Positions 26,765 through 39,521 of a DNA stretch of 64,000 bases are shown here, in pieces. The translations under genes were made by a program, and so were the position numbers. This stretch comes from Toensbergia leucococca. Its lineage: Eukaryota. Numbering within the stretch: position 1 is the first letter of the stretch; each line of letters opens with the position of its first letter. The notes under the pieces are model-generated. The model was not told where the DNA came from. It did no database searches and worked only from the letters and a program-made list of their open reading frames with translations. The stretch lies in the NCBI GenBank assembly GCA_022813965.1, contig JALDZS010000050.1, forward strand, positions 62,001-126,000. The letters are read 5' to 3'.

Positions 26765-27157
26765 TTAAATCAACTGGGCAGTCTTTTCGCCTTGATTGTC
26801 CTGGTAGGCAAAGTGTTGCCACAGAAAATATGGCGATAAACTAAGGGCCATAGCAAGTCCATCCAGGATATCTCGTTCCATACCCTAGGCCTCGTCATAT
26901 GACAGAATCACCAGGCGGGTGCTACCAGACGGCGGAGACTGGCCTAGCTCGTTCAGTGAAAAGTGTTGGTTCTTCAAAATTCCTTCTTCACTATCCACAA
27001 TGGATATTTCCGTTGTCGAGGCTGGGCTTTGAGGGCGATGTGAGAAGAAGCGGGCGAGCCAACTGAACTGCGGGTCGACTTTTGCTAGAGCTTCTACATA
27101 TTCACCGTAAGTAGGAAAGCCATCTTCAGGTGCATTGGAGGCATGAGCAGAAGCCAT
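26765..27157 (-). pseudogene. Truncated gene fragment with an internal TAG, next to the Copia 5' LTR
   Basis: Reading through TAG at 26885 gives ...SYDEA*GMERDILDGLAMALSLSPYFLWQHF..., after which the frame decays into AT-rich sequence. Confidence 0.55.
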
Positions 27158-27289
27158 AGAGATTCAAGTATAGTTCTACTTGCAGGATGACTGCGTACGA
27201 CGCCGGGGAAACAGAGGACAAAGCAGCAAAAGTCAGTCCAAGATGAATATAAAAAATGAAGCGTGTTGGATCTAGGGCTGCGACTTATC

Positions 27290-27423
27290 TGTTGTGTTTA
27301 TGGCAATAGATCGCCCGGAGGATCATTGTTCCGTGCCGCCTACACATAGATTTCTGTAGATCGTCAGTTAGATCCTTTCTACTAAGCAATGCAATTACTC
27401 ATAACATACCTTCATTGACAACA
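27290..27423 (+). repeat. 5' LTR of the Copia element
   Basis: 134 bp, 9 differences from 36828-36961, preceded by TTATC. Confidence 0.95.
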
Positions 27424-28214
27424 GGTTATAAGCTCAGGTTAGTGATTTCACTTAACATTTGCTCATCAGGTAGTTATTTACCTATCACTGTCATATAAGA
27501 TATCATTCTTAAGTAAAGACATTATTGATACTGAGATTCATTGAATCTTACACTGTCATTCTTTATTCTATACTATTATTTTCTTCAACATCTTACTTAT
27601 CTTTTGCATTCTCAATTTCTTACCCTTCATTCATTATTCTCTCACAACAATAAGTGATAACTATATTATTCAGAAGCTATAAGAAAATCAGAACTACAAG
27701 AAATAAGCATTAAAAATAATGACCCTTCTAAAAGTTAAGAAATTGAATAACTTGATAAATAACAAAGATCTCAGACCCTTCTGACTGATATTAGTAATAA
27801 ATTTATTAATGATTATTATCTCTGAGTAACAAGCTCAATTTGACTAAAAACTCTTAAAATAAAAAAAGAAGAATAACAAGACAGTTAATTTACTACTTCT
27901 CAACATTGATGATAATTCTTAGTAACATGCAGATAAAAAGACTGATGTAAAAGTCATTTGAGACAGTCTGCAGAATTAATATAAAGTGTATGATATCAGT
28001 ATCTAAGATCTCTTCTTCTTAGTCATTACTTAATGTTCTCAGTCAGACTTCTTATCAATGCAGAATTACAGTGAGCATATAAAGAAACATACACAGATAT
28101 TAATCAACATAAGCTATTTATTATCTGCTTAAGAAGTTAGCACTTGCTTTTAATTAGATCTGAATTCTGACTTGACACTCTATACCTTTTAGCTACTATT
28201 AACTGCTAGAATGC

Positions 28215-31200
28215 TGTTGTAAATAATCTGTATTAAGTATGTGTATTGTATGTTGAATGCTGATCTAGATGCTAAAATCATGAATATCTAGCTTGTAAGG
28301 CTGAATCAATAAATGAATCAGGTCTGAGAACGCTAATTTAAGCCCTTTGTGACATACACTAAGCCCTTTATAAAATATTCATAACAGATGCCTGTAAAAC
28401 TAAAAAAATATCATGCCCTTATGATTACATGCCTCATCTATTGAATAACTAATTATTCATTGTATAATGTTCACATTTATAGTTAGTCATAATTTTATTC
28501 TTTATGTTCTAACTTCTGTCTGTGTCACCTTGTGAACATATCTTACTTCTATTATTATAATTAATTTAGCTCAGAGTGTTAAAGACAGTGAGATAAATAA
28601 GTCTTTAGATAATAATGAAGGGCATTTCTGAAATAAAAGAAGGTCTTACACTTGTGACATATAAAACAATTTAGTAATGCAGAGGCTGACAGTGAGAATG
28701 AGAATACTTTATAATAAGATAAAGGTATGTGTGATTCTAAACAGATTTAATTTGCAGAAAATACTGACAACTTTGTACCTAATTTCTTAATAAATTTCTT
28801 AAAGTAAGTAGATAAAGTTTAAGCTCTGAATTCAGCTGAATTGAGAGATCTGTCATGACTCAAAGATTGCTGCAATTTAGTATGTAAAATCATCACATTT
28901 TCTTTATAAGAATTTATTAATTTAATAAGTGAATAATTTACATCTTCTTAATAAGATTTTATTTATCTAATAACTGAAGATTCTGACAGAGCTCTTATTT
29001 ATTAAGTGACCTTATTTTAAATCACTTTTGCATGTGATTTAGTGATCTCATTTTTAATCACTTTTGCATGTGATTAAGATTTAAATCTATCAGTCATAAA
29101 TACATAAAAGAATACTAACATGTGATCTGATAAGGTGAATAAAATAAGGATGTTAATATTACTGATATCAATTTGCATGACTTTTTTTTTTATTTACAAA
29201 AATATATTATTCTGTTTCTTATTTAATTTATTTATATTAAGAATGACTTCAGTGATGATTTCTTTAACTACATAAGTCTTAGCATTGATACTCATTTTAC
29301 TATCAGATGATTCTGTGATATATAGAGATAATTTATGTAGTGATTTATTATCTGCTGACTTATGAGATCTCTTATAATAATAGAATGAGTCTGAATACTA
29401 AAACTCTTTATAAGAGATAGAAGATCACACAGAAGCCTCTCATCAATAAATATAGTTATACTGTTAGTATTAATGCAGATAAAATAAGAGACCTTATTCT
29501 CAAAAAGACTTACTTAAATAATAATATACTCACAGCTCAGAGAGAGTGATTTTATTATAATAATATGATTAAATGTGTGTTTCTTATAGCTAACTTATTA
29601 TTTTTATTTAATGCTAGCAGAGAAATAAGAATCTATCTTATGAGCACTTATCATATACTTTATTAGATTACATAAGTTAATATAAATCTTCTTGCAGATG
29701 TTACATGCATTAGAAGGTAGGTTAAATCAGCTCTAATTCAAATCATTGAAGTAAACAGAGACTCTAAAGTTATTGTAGTGCTTAGAGTTATTAAAGGTAA
29801 ATCAATTATCATACTCTCATTTATCTTTCTGATTTTGAATATTAAACTTCTTAGCAGTAATCTAATATGTAATTAAATCAGTCTTAATAAGATGCTGATT
29901 GAATAAAGATGCTAACAATAACTTAGCTTTTCACAGATTATATGCATGCTGTGAGAGATTATAGATAAGATATTGTGATAAGAGAGATAAGGTCTTATTC
30001 TAATAAGATAAATAAAATTCATCTGAATTATCTTGATTGTGATAAGACTGAAAGAAAGATATAGATCTTATCTAATATTTGTCTCAATTCACTGTGAGAT
30101 ATTTACTCTAATATTCTTGTCTCTGTGATTGCTGATTATTATATTTACTCTAACATTCTTACTCATACAGCTGTTAACATTGTTGTGTCTAGATTTCTTA
30201 CCAAAAGGCTGTGTTCTTCACATTTTTAGTGATAGTGATAGAGACAGGGATAATTTAGACTTAATTGCTTCACAGTTCAGTCATCTGATTGATATGATAA
30301 ACTAACTCATTAGAAGTCATGTTAGTAAAGTAAAAGATATCTCACTGAAGGTCTTATGCAAGATTTTTTCAAGTGTGTATCAGAGAAGATCTATTGCTAT
30401 TATCTGCAGATCTCTTATATCTAAGCATAGCTTGCACATAATTATTAACAGAGTGAAGATTCTTTGTGTCATTTATAAAATAACATTTCTGAGTTATCTT
30501 ATTTACTGCAAGTGAGAAAGACATCTGATACTTATCAGTGACAGTAACACTGAATTTCACATAGTCTTAATTTAAGATATCTTGTGTATTAAGTGATAAG
30601 GTAAAAAATCATTGCATCAATAACTCTTAGAGACACAGACTTAAATTGTCTACAGATTTAATGTTAGTGATATAATATACTGTTACGGTCAGGCCTAGAG
30701 TCTAGTTATAGGGATACTATTGAATAGAACACTAAAGGTAAAGATCTAAAAGTACAGGAGGGGAACGCTGTATAAGTATTCAGCAGGGTGTCACTAAGTA
30801 ACAATCATGACATTTGACAACCCTGCATGTCAACTTCTAACTCTTGCGTTGACCTTAGTCTGTGCGTAAGCTAAGATGCTAAGGCAAACCGTAATATATA
30901 CTTGCTAAACAAAGAGATAAACATCTCAATAGTACAGATCTTTTTTTACTATTATAACATTACTGATTAAGTAGTCTTTAAACTCAGAATAGCTAAGATA
31001 GAAAAAGTTAATATTCTAAGACTGAAAAATCTAAAGATTTAATGATTTTACTAAGAAACTTAATAAAGACTAATAGTATTAATAAGCTTGCTGATCTTAA
31101 GTGAGTAGAATAGACTTGATTAACTGAATATTTGAAGTAGTTTAAGCTGAGAAATTCAGAAGGTTTTTAGTTGCAAAATCAGTGTGATTTTCATGAGGTT

Positions 31201-32483
31201 TTATCTGATCCGATAAGTTATTAAGGTACTTTATAATAGGCATTAATTTTTCTTTTATTGAAGAGTTATTATTCTGCATTTTATTTTATACAGTAGTCAA
31301 CTTTTTATTTATAGCAAGAAACTGTTTATGAGTCTTCTGCTTGTGTGTCTTTAACTAAATTAATCATTTATTGAGCTGAAGATATAGTTTATTTAGACAA
31401 TTTTTAAAATTAATCTTAAGTTAATTTAGACAGACTTTGAGATTTAGTAATGCTTGTGTTGTGTGCTTCTTATTATTGTTATTATTTTTATCAGCTCTCT
31501 AAAACACAGCTATTATAAACTAATTCTTATACTTATTTATTACAAAAAGATGAGACATCTTCTCTTTAAGTGTTACATTAGATAACAGTAATAAGAGAAA
31601 TAGTTAATCACTAAGAAGTGAGCCCTAAAATTTGTATCTCTGAGATGAAGAAGAAAAAGAAGAAGAAGAATTCTGAGTAAAATATTCTAAGACTTAATCA
31701 TATTAAAAGTAATAAGAAGGTATTTTCAATAAATTATGCTATTTTACAGATGACTGATAAGCACTAAAACGCTGAGGATAAGAGAAGAATTTTAATAATA
31801 ATAATAACTGTTAATTTATACTCAATTTCTCAAGTTAAGTTATTAGATCTCAGTCTCTTTCTCACTGTTTTATATTTACATTCAGTCTGAGTAATCCAAA
31901 TTGATTTATAATAATAAGTGTAAGATAAATAAGAAAGAAATGACTGAAGAAAAAAAAAGAGTTACTTAACTAGTGATTAAAGGTCTGAGTAAAGAAAATG
32001 ACTAAAAAAGAGTAAGAAAATTATCTGAGTCAATAACTAAATTAAAGATCTGATTTCTGAGTAAAGAAAATGACTAAAAAAGAGTGAGAAAACTTTCTAA
32101 GTCAATGACTAAATTAAATGAATAATCTTAAGAAAACTGTGATATTTCAATAAGAAAAAAAATCAAAAATTTGAAATAATTTCAGAGAACTAAATTTTAT
32201 CATAATGACAATGATAATAAAATCTTCTATCATAATAATAATAATAATAAGAGTTTATCTTAATGATGATATTAAAAATTATCTAATCATAGTATTGCTG
32301 TTGTTATTATTATTATGAATAATCTATATTAAGTATGTGTGTTGTATATTAAATGCTAATCTAAATGCTAAAGTTGTGAATATTTAACTTATAAGATCAG
32401 ATCAATAAATAAACTGAGTCTAAAAACACTAACTTAAGCTCTTTATGACATATACTAAACCCTTTATAAAAATATTTATAACA
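28215..32483. mobile_element. Nested, heavily mutated second LTR retroelement (possibly Gypsy-derived, internal region probably on the minus strand)
   Basis: Direct repeats 28215-28386 and 32311-32483 (TGTTGTAAAT...ATTCATAACA and a mutated copy); TSD AATGC at 28210-28214 and 32484-32488. Superfamily assignment is weak. Confidence 0.85.
30681..30896. mobile_element. Solo LTR nested within the second element
   Basis: Termini TGTTACGG...CCGTAATA, TSD TATAC on both sides, higher GC than the surroundings. Confidence 0.85.
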
Positions 32484-35174
32484 AATGCAAGAAAAAGCAT
32501 TAAATGTAAATCAACTTATTCATATAATAATGAATAATAAAAAACATGATTGCAGACAAAAGTCATGACAGTATTCTGAAAATACTTAACAGATACTTTA
32601 GATTTACCTTTACCTTTATCAGAAAATTAAAGCTGAATCTCAATTAAAACTAAGAAAAGAGACAAGAAGTTTTGTCAACACTGTCACTTCATTTATTATA
32701 GTAATAACTTCTGTTACTATCTTCATTCAGAATAGTGATTATCTGACTGACAATCAGTGAAAGAAAGAAAAAATCTTATAATATTCAGAAATAGTAAAAG
32801 TAAAAATAGTAAGAGTAAAAACAATAAAAATGCTGAGGTTAAAATTATAGGAATCTTTATAGCTACAACAACTGTTAGTCTTATCATCAGTAAGAAGTGT
32901 AATAAAATCTGATGAATTGATTTCACTGTGAACATATATATAATCTATGATAAAACTCTATTTATCTTCTATAAAGTTATGATAAACAAAACTGTTTAGA
33001 CAGCTAAAGAAAAGAAAATAATAATAACTAAAAAAGATTAACTTATACTTGATATTTTAGTTTATAATGTTATAAAATGAATTCTTCTCATCAATATCTA
33101 TTATATATTAAGCGTTCAGTATAATCTAATGTCAGTAAGAGTTATAAATTTCAAAGAATTGACACTAATGTTTAAGAAAGAAAAGATATCAATTATAAAT
33201 TCTCTTAATAACATAATAACAATAATAGAAACAAGAGTTAAAACATCTTATTATTTAGATCAAAAACTTATCAGAAAACAGACACTAATAAAGAATTTCA
33301 CTCTAAAAGTCACAGATTTCTCAACAATAATATTACTATCTCAATGACACTGATAGCTCACTCATCTGAGTAAAGAGAATGTTAAATGTCTAAGAACAAT
33401 GATTAAAGACATAAATATGCACGCAGAATGAGATCTCATAAGTGATGTGTATAAATTATGCACTATAAGTAAACAATACTGAATCTTATTACAGAAACCT
33501 TATATAAGAACAATGATTAAAGAGAAAGTTATATATGTTAACTTAACTGAGAAAGACTTAATAATGCAGATTATTGATAAATTTAAATATCTTATTATTA
33601 TTAGAAATAATGCTACATGCTTATTATAAGGTGATATACTTCAGAGAAAGTTAGAAATCATAAGCTAAATAAAGATCTTGATATTACTTATAAAAATAAA
33701 AGGCAACTCTATACAACACTGTTAAGCTGACAATGAATTCAGTAGTGAAGCAATGCTGACTCTGTTTATTAAGCATGATATTCAATTTAAATTAATATTA
33801 TTATACAATCTAAAACAAAATAAGGTAGTGAAATGAGGCTATTACATAATATTCTTAAAGGTTTAAGTTATTCTTTTTAACTTCAGTCTACCTTAAACTC
33901 TTTGAGATAAAGCAGTTAACATAGTAATCTATTTACTAAATCACTGCCTGATCAGAAATTTAGATAATAAGACCTTATATGAAGCATAAAATGACAAGAC
34001 ATTTAATCTAAATTATCTTAAAATATTTGAGTGCATTGCTTATTATTTTGATAATGATCTCAAAGAGAAGTTAAACTCTCAGACTATTAAATGTTACCTT
34101 TCAAAATATAAGAATAAGAATCAATTTTATCTATAAGACAGCAACAATATTATTCATTTTAATCACATTGTCTTTGATAAGGCTGCTTCTATTTAGTTGT
34201 GACCTTAGAGAAAGTATGTTATGTTCTAAAACTTTATCAACAATAATGTTAACAAGAATAAAAATAAGAAAGATATTGACAAGAAATAAGTAAAATTGCT
34301 GAATAATTATCTGATCAAGAAATTCTCTTTTACTATTAATTCTTGCCTAATTAAGAAATTCTCTTTTACTGTCAACTTTACTATTATTTATACATTAATC
34401 TCAGATAATACCTTCACATTTAATGCTGTTAGTTCAACTATCATCACCTCAGTTTAGATCAGTTCTTAAATAAAATGAAAAGACTATGAGAAACTAACTA
34501 ATTTATAAAAGTCTTATAAGAAGACATTAATTATTTAGACTTGCAAGGTCTGATTAACAAAAGATGATATACTTCTTATCTAAAAAGAACTCATGATCAG
34601 CTCTTAGAGAGAGCAATGACAAAAAGTGACTGAAAATAAGACAAAATCTCAGGTTAGAAGTAAAACATGAAAATTAATAAATTAACTTTTATGTTTCTCA
34701 GATAAGACAGTCATATTAGAATGTTGAGTCTTTAGTATAAAGTAAGATGTTAATAAAAACATTATTAAATATAAAGCTTACTAAGTATGCAAGGGTTTTT
34801 ATCAGATCAATAATGTTAATCATGATAAAACATACACTTCAGTAGTTAAATTTATGATATGAAAATCCTTACTAACATTAGAGATTAAGTATGACTTTAA
34901 AATAAAACAGATGAATATAGTAACTGCATTCCTTAAGATCTACCTACTAAATTATGAGATCTATATGAAATAATCTCATGACTTCATTAAAAAAGAAGAG
35001 AAAAATCTTGTATGTCTTTTTCTTTATGCTCTGTATAATCTGAAATGAAGTTCTTAAGAATAATATATTACCTTAGCTGAGTTTTTATGCTCACTGAATT
35101 TTACTCAAAGTGAATATAATCACAGTCTATTTATTCATGATATTGCTGAAGTCATTATTATTATCTATGTAAAC

Positions 35175-35326
35175 TGTTATAAACTGATCTTTAATCACTA
35201 AGATGACTTGTTGATGCAGTTTAATCAGAAAACTAGCTATAAGGGTTAAGGTAACACACGGAGCTGACACTTATATGAGGGTGACTAGTCTAGTCATATC
35301 CGGCTAGACCGGTTCAAACCGTTATA
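35175..35326. mobile_element. Solo LTR inserted in the Copia RT YVDD codons
   Basis: Starts TGTTA, TSD TAAAC (35170-35174, 35327-35331). Removing it restores TAT GTA AAC AAT CTT CTT ATC, a mutated YVDDLLI. Confidence 0.8.
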
Positions 35327-35796
35327 TAAACAATCTTCTTATCATTGAACTGAACATGAATCAGATTAATAATCTAAAGAAAGAACTGAGAATCTGATTC
35401 AGCATAAAGAATCTAAGATCTGTTTTCTACTACTTGAGCATGCAAATTACCTGTGATCATCTTAATCACACAGTCTATGTTAATCAGTTTATATATATTT
35501 AAAATCTAATTAAGAAACTCAGAATGCTCACTTGTAATCCTTGCAGGATCTTGATAAAAACTGACCTGCAATTAATTAAAGTCAATAATAATTATAAGGC
35601 AAATTAGAAGCTAAAAAGGGGCTATCAAATAAGCATAAAATTACTAATATGAGCTGTCTGCATGACTCATTCTGATATTACTTTAGCTGTCTCAATTTGT
35701 AGCTGCTACATCAACAATTTTACTCTTATACATCTGAAAGTAACAAAGAAAATCATAAGATATCGAGTTAAAACATCAGACCTGAGTCTCTGATAC

Positions 35797-36243
35797 TATA
35801 ATGACTCAGACATTATATTGAATAAGGGGTTGAGTCAGGGGTTCTAGGCAATGTAAATATGTATATAGAAGGAATAGCTAATAGTTGTGTAGTGAGTATA
35901 GTATTCAAACTAAAAGCTAAGGAGCCAGCTTTATTACAAAGCTATAACCTCTATTTATCTAGAAGAATAGGTGCATAGGAAAATGGGGTCGAGATAAGCA
36001 TGCGGGAGCCATACGGGTACTGCCGGGCCCCTGCATCTCGCCCTCATATCCGCACCATATCGCTATGAAGTCGCTATCTATCCTATGCATGACATTCTCG
36101 TGGCATGATGCAACTGAGCCGTGAATGCCCCAGTAGATGCGATCCAATGATGGCGTTTCACAAGCGACACGCAGGCGTATCAATATAGTAACATATTCAA
36201 GACGCTAGTCTGAATCTGCCAGCATGCCATTAATATCATGACA
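35797..36243. mobile_element. Solo LTR (447 bp) between Copia RT and RNase H
   Basis: Termini TATAATGA...TCATGACA, TSD GATAC (35792-35796, 36244-36248). Removing it restores the frame into ...SLVDYTDASY. Confidence 0.8.
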
Positions 36244-36827
36244 GATACAGCCCTGATAAAGGTGATGATAATAAATCACTAGTTGACTATACAGATGCTT
36301 CTTATGATAATTGTCTAAATACTTAACAGTTCACCTCTGAATATGTCTTTCTATTTCAAAATAAACTTCTTAGTTAATTTATTAAGTGTTAAAACACTGT
36401 TATTACCTTTATCACTAAAGCTAAATATGTCAGTCAGTGCAATGCATTTAGGAAAGCAGTCTATCTCACTGAGACTCTGAATAGTATTGAGTATAATAAG
36501 TATAACATTCAATAGATTCAGCTGATGACTAATAATTAAGCTGCTATTAAACTCACTTATAACTCAGTTAATCATGACTGTTTTAAGCATATTGACATTC
36601 AATATCATTTTGTTTATGAACTCATCCCTCACCTACAGACTCTCAGTATTAACTATGTGTTCTTAGATTTTATAATGACTAATAAGCTTACTAAGTCTCT
36701 GAGCGTTGAGAAGTTCAGGCAATTCATCTAAATGTTAAGGTTATTAACAGTGTCTTCAGGATGATAAATTGAATGATAATGAAAGTCATCAATTGAGGTA
36801 GATATGAGGCGATCTACTGAGTGAGAG

Positions 36828-36961
36828 TGTTGTGTTTATGACAGTAGGTCACCCGGAGGATCATTGTTCCATGCCGCCTACACATAGATTTCTGTAGATC
36901 GTCAGTTAGATCCTTCCTACTTAGCAATGCAATTACTCGTAACATACCTCCATTGACAACA
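36828..36961 (+). repeat. 3' LTR of the Copia element
   Basis: 134 bp, preceded by a purine-rich PPT remnant and followed by TTATC. Confidence 0.95.
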
Positions 36962-37511
36962 TTATCTGCATAAATATCCTCATTGGGCTTTGTACAAGGC
37001 TACCCTGCATACGTTATCGGAATGTTTGAGGCGCAGCTCAAGCCGCAGTGGAATGGTGGAAGGTAGATTCAATGGCGTTACGTGCTCTCTATTGCCTGAG
37101 AGCGAATACTACATGCCCTTGTGTTGAGAGTTTAAAAGACTGGCCTAGAGCTCTATTGAGTGTGTGCTACAAAAGTGTTGAAATCACCTTTTTTACTTCC
37201 AGATCCTAGGGTTCTCCCCCTAACATGCCATATTATCGTCGCTTTATACTTCTGTGTCCAACCTTTGCAATCCATTCGCCATTGCTGTCCTATCATCTAC
37301 GCTTGAGATAGTCAATGGTAGCCGATCCATTTCATGAGTGCAGCTATGGCCGATGGACATATCAAACCACCCATAAAAAATATTCTTCATAAACCCTCAG
37401 AGACGAGAAGTAGTGAAAGGTTATTGACGTAATTGGAGCCACAAGTTGCCTCTAGAAACGACGTAAATATCTAGACGAGATAATAGGTACACCAAGAAAG
37501 TGTGGAAAATC

Positions 37512-39521
37512 CTAATATGGCAAGGACGTGTCGGGGAAAAACGTGTCCGGAGAGTCAAAGTTTGCTGTTGTCAGCATATGAGGAATTCCGGGGCTCTGAA
37601 TGGATTTTGCGTCGTTGAGAGGATCTGATGACCAATTGAGAAAGTAGAATGCGTCAACAGAGGAATCTTGCCACCACGTTGATTCGGTTTGGTCCTGCTC
37701 GGCTGTGACCCAGAACGGATGACATACTTCGAGCTCATGACTGGCGGTGACTGGATCGCTGACGAAGCTGAAGTCCTGTACCTCAGACGGTCGTGCAGAT
37801 CCTTCCTCTCGGCGACTGCCGAGCTCTATTCTTACTTGTTGCAGGTAAATCTCTATTTTCTTGATCTGTCCATAATTCACCTCATAGGCCTTTCTACTGG
37901 CCGTAAGAGCTTCAAGAAAGTGCAATTCTGCCTCATTCCATTTACTTTGCGTAAAATACACAAAGGCCAGCTGTGCTTGAATCTGTGTGGTTTGTGGATG
38001 GTACAAGCCCATCTTTTCTTGACTCTTAGGCAGCACCTCCACCAGTAATAACTGCGCAATACTAAACCTACGAAGCTTGGCGTAAGTACGCGCAAGACTT
38101 AACAGAGCAGCTATTGTGTCGACGCCATGTTCTGATCCTGATCTCTGTGTAGTCCGAATCTCCACTAGCAGTCGAGTAAGTACAAACTCCAGATTTGTCA
38201 GGTCGCCCAAATAAAAAAGTCGGCTTTTCAAGCAAGTTAGTACATGAAGGAGAACACCTCGGCTCCGTCCATCTTCCTTTTCGAACTTTGCCACTAGGAG
38301 AGAGAAAAGATTATCAACCCCTTCGTCAGGTTCAATGGGAGGCAAATTGGACAAGAACAGTCTAATCCTAAGGCAATCAATGTCGTCCGGTCCGTACATT
38401 TCTTCGAGGCTAGTCAGTGATCGAGACAACCAGTATCTTACTTTGTCAGCATTCCCCAAAACATAGTACACTCTAGCCAGCTCCTGCATTGTAGCGAGCG
38501 TGGATGTATGGGCTACACCGTAAAGCTTCTCATAGCCCTCTATCAGTCGAGTTAGAAGTATTACATTGGTAGCGTAACGGCCTTGGCGGGAATAAATTAA
38601 CGTGACTGCCGCAAGCGATGTAATTGTTTTTACACCATTACTTCCATGTAGCCTTTGGTAACCGGCGAAAGCTCGTTCGTAGAGAAGTACGGAATCCTGG
38701 TAACGCCGTTGCTTGGAGTAGGTCCTAGCAAGCTCTATGACCAGTCCTAGTGCCACCTCACTATCTGGTCCATGCAAGCAGTCGTATCCATGAAGTACCT
38801 GACGTAGATCTAACTCAGCATCGTTCCATTGCTTGTCGATTACGTAACGCCTGGCACGCTGGTGCATTTTACGTAGCGCACGCATGTTCAATCCATTCCA
38901 CTCCACAAGAGGTGGCTCTGAGTAAGCCACAGTGTGTGAAGGTTGATTTACGACCAAATTGAGTGTGATCAAGCTGCAAGTGAGAGCGGTTGTCCTGTCA
39001 TTTGCATCCCTGTATGGGGTATAACAACTGATGTTCGATGGCGTTGCTTCTCTCTCGTATCAGAAAAATTTTGCTTGGCAATAGGGATTCATACTACTGA
39101 CTGGGAGTAATAGACATTGATTCTTCGTCCCTTAGATTCTTCCGTTTGCAGAAGCGATGTTGCTTCTTAGCATCGACAATATCACCACCAAAACGAAACA
39201 CAGAGTCCTTCCCTTCTAGTATCTTTCGTTTTTTGGTTTTATGGAGTATCGTTCTCATATCTTGATCGCTTAAATTTTTCTTGAAATTCCATTCCTTGAG
39301 CTTGGTCTTGTATTGCTTCTCACTATCGAACATCAATTTGGAGTAGAAGGGAAGACAACATTTGCATACTCGGCGTAAAATCCGTACGTGTCTTCCATAA
39401 ACTTTTTAGTCTCTGGGAGAGTCTTTCTCTGCTGAATGTAGAGGTATTTGACCCGGGCCCTTTGCTCCTCCCAAGCTGGATGGCTTGGCGGCACGCCAGC
39501 TCGACATACAGGGGGATCCAT
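37512..39521 (-). CDS. Clr5-domain protein with C-terminal TPR (kinesin-light-chain-like) repeats, 3 exons
   Basis: WEEQRARVKYLYIQQRKTL...FMEDTYGFYA|...EKQYKTKLKEWNFKKN is a Clr5 signature. Repeats such as LARTYSKQRRYQDSVLLYERAFAGYQRLHG follow. Confidence 0.85.

Larger units (their letters stand above)
27290..36961 (+). mobile_element. Hypermutated full-length Ty1/Copia LTR retrotransposon (~4.8 kb without nested insertions)
   Basis: 134-bp LTRs (TGTTG...CAACA) with TSD TTATC and a PBS-like GGTTATAAGCTC after the 5' LTR. Degraded motifs occur in Copia order: Zn knuckle ~32673, protease W.IDS-like ~32911, WH..L.H ~33345, integrase ~33800, RT KYKA..VCKGF/QM.IVTAFL/YV(DD), RNase H YTDAS and KHIDIQYHFV. 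Confidence 0.95.

Noticed and set aside
30369..33347. Track ORFs inside the AT-rich block
   Set aside because: Chance open frames or stop-free pieces of mutated retroelement sequence, not genes.
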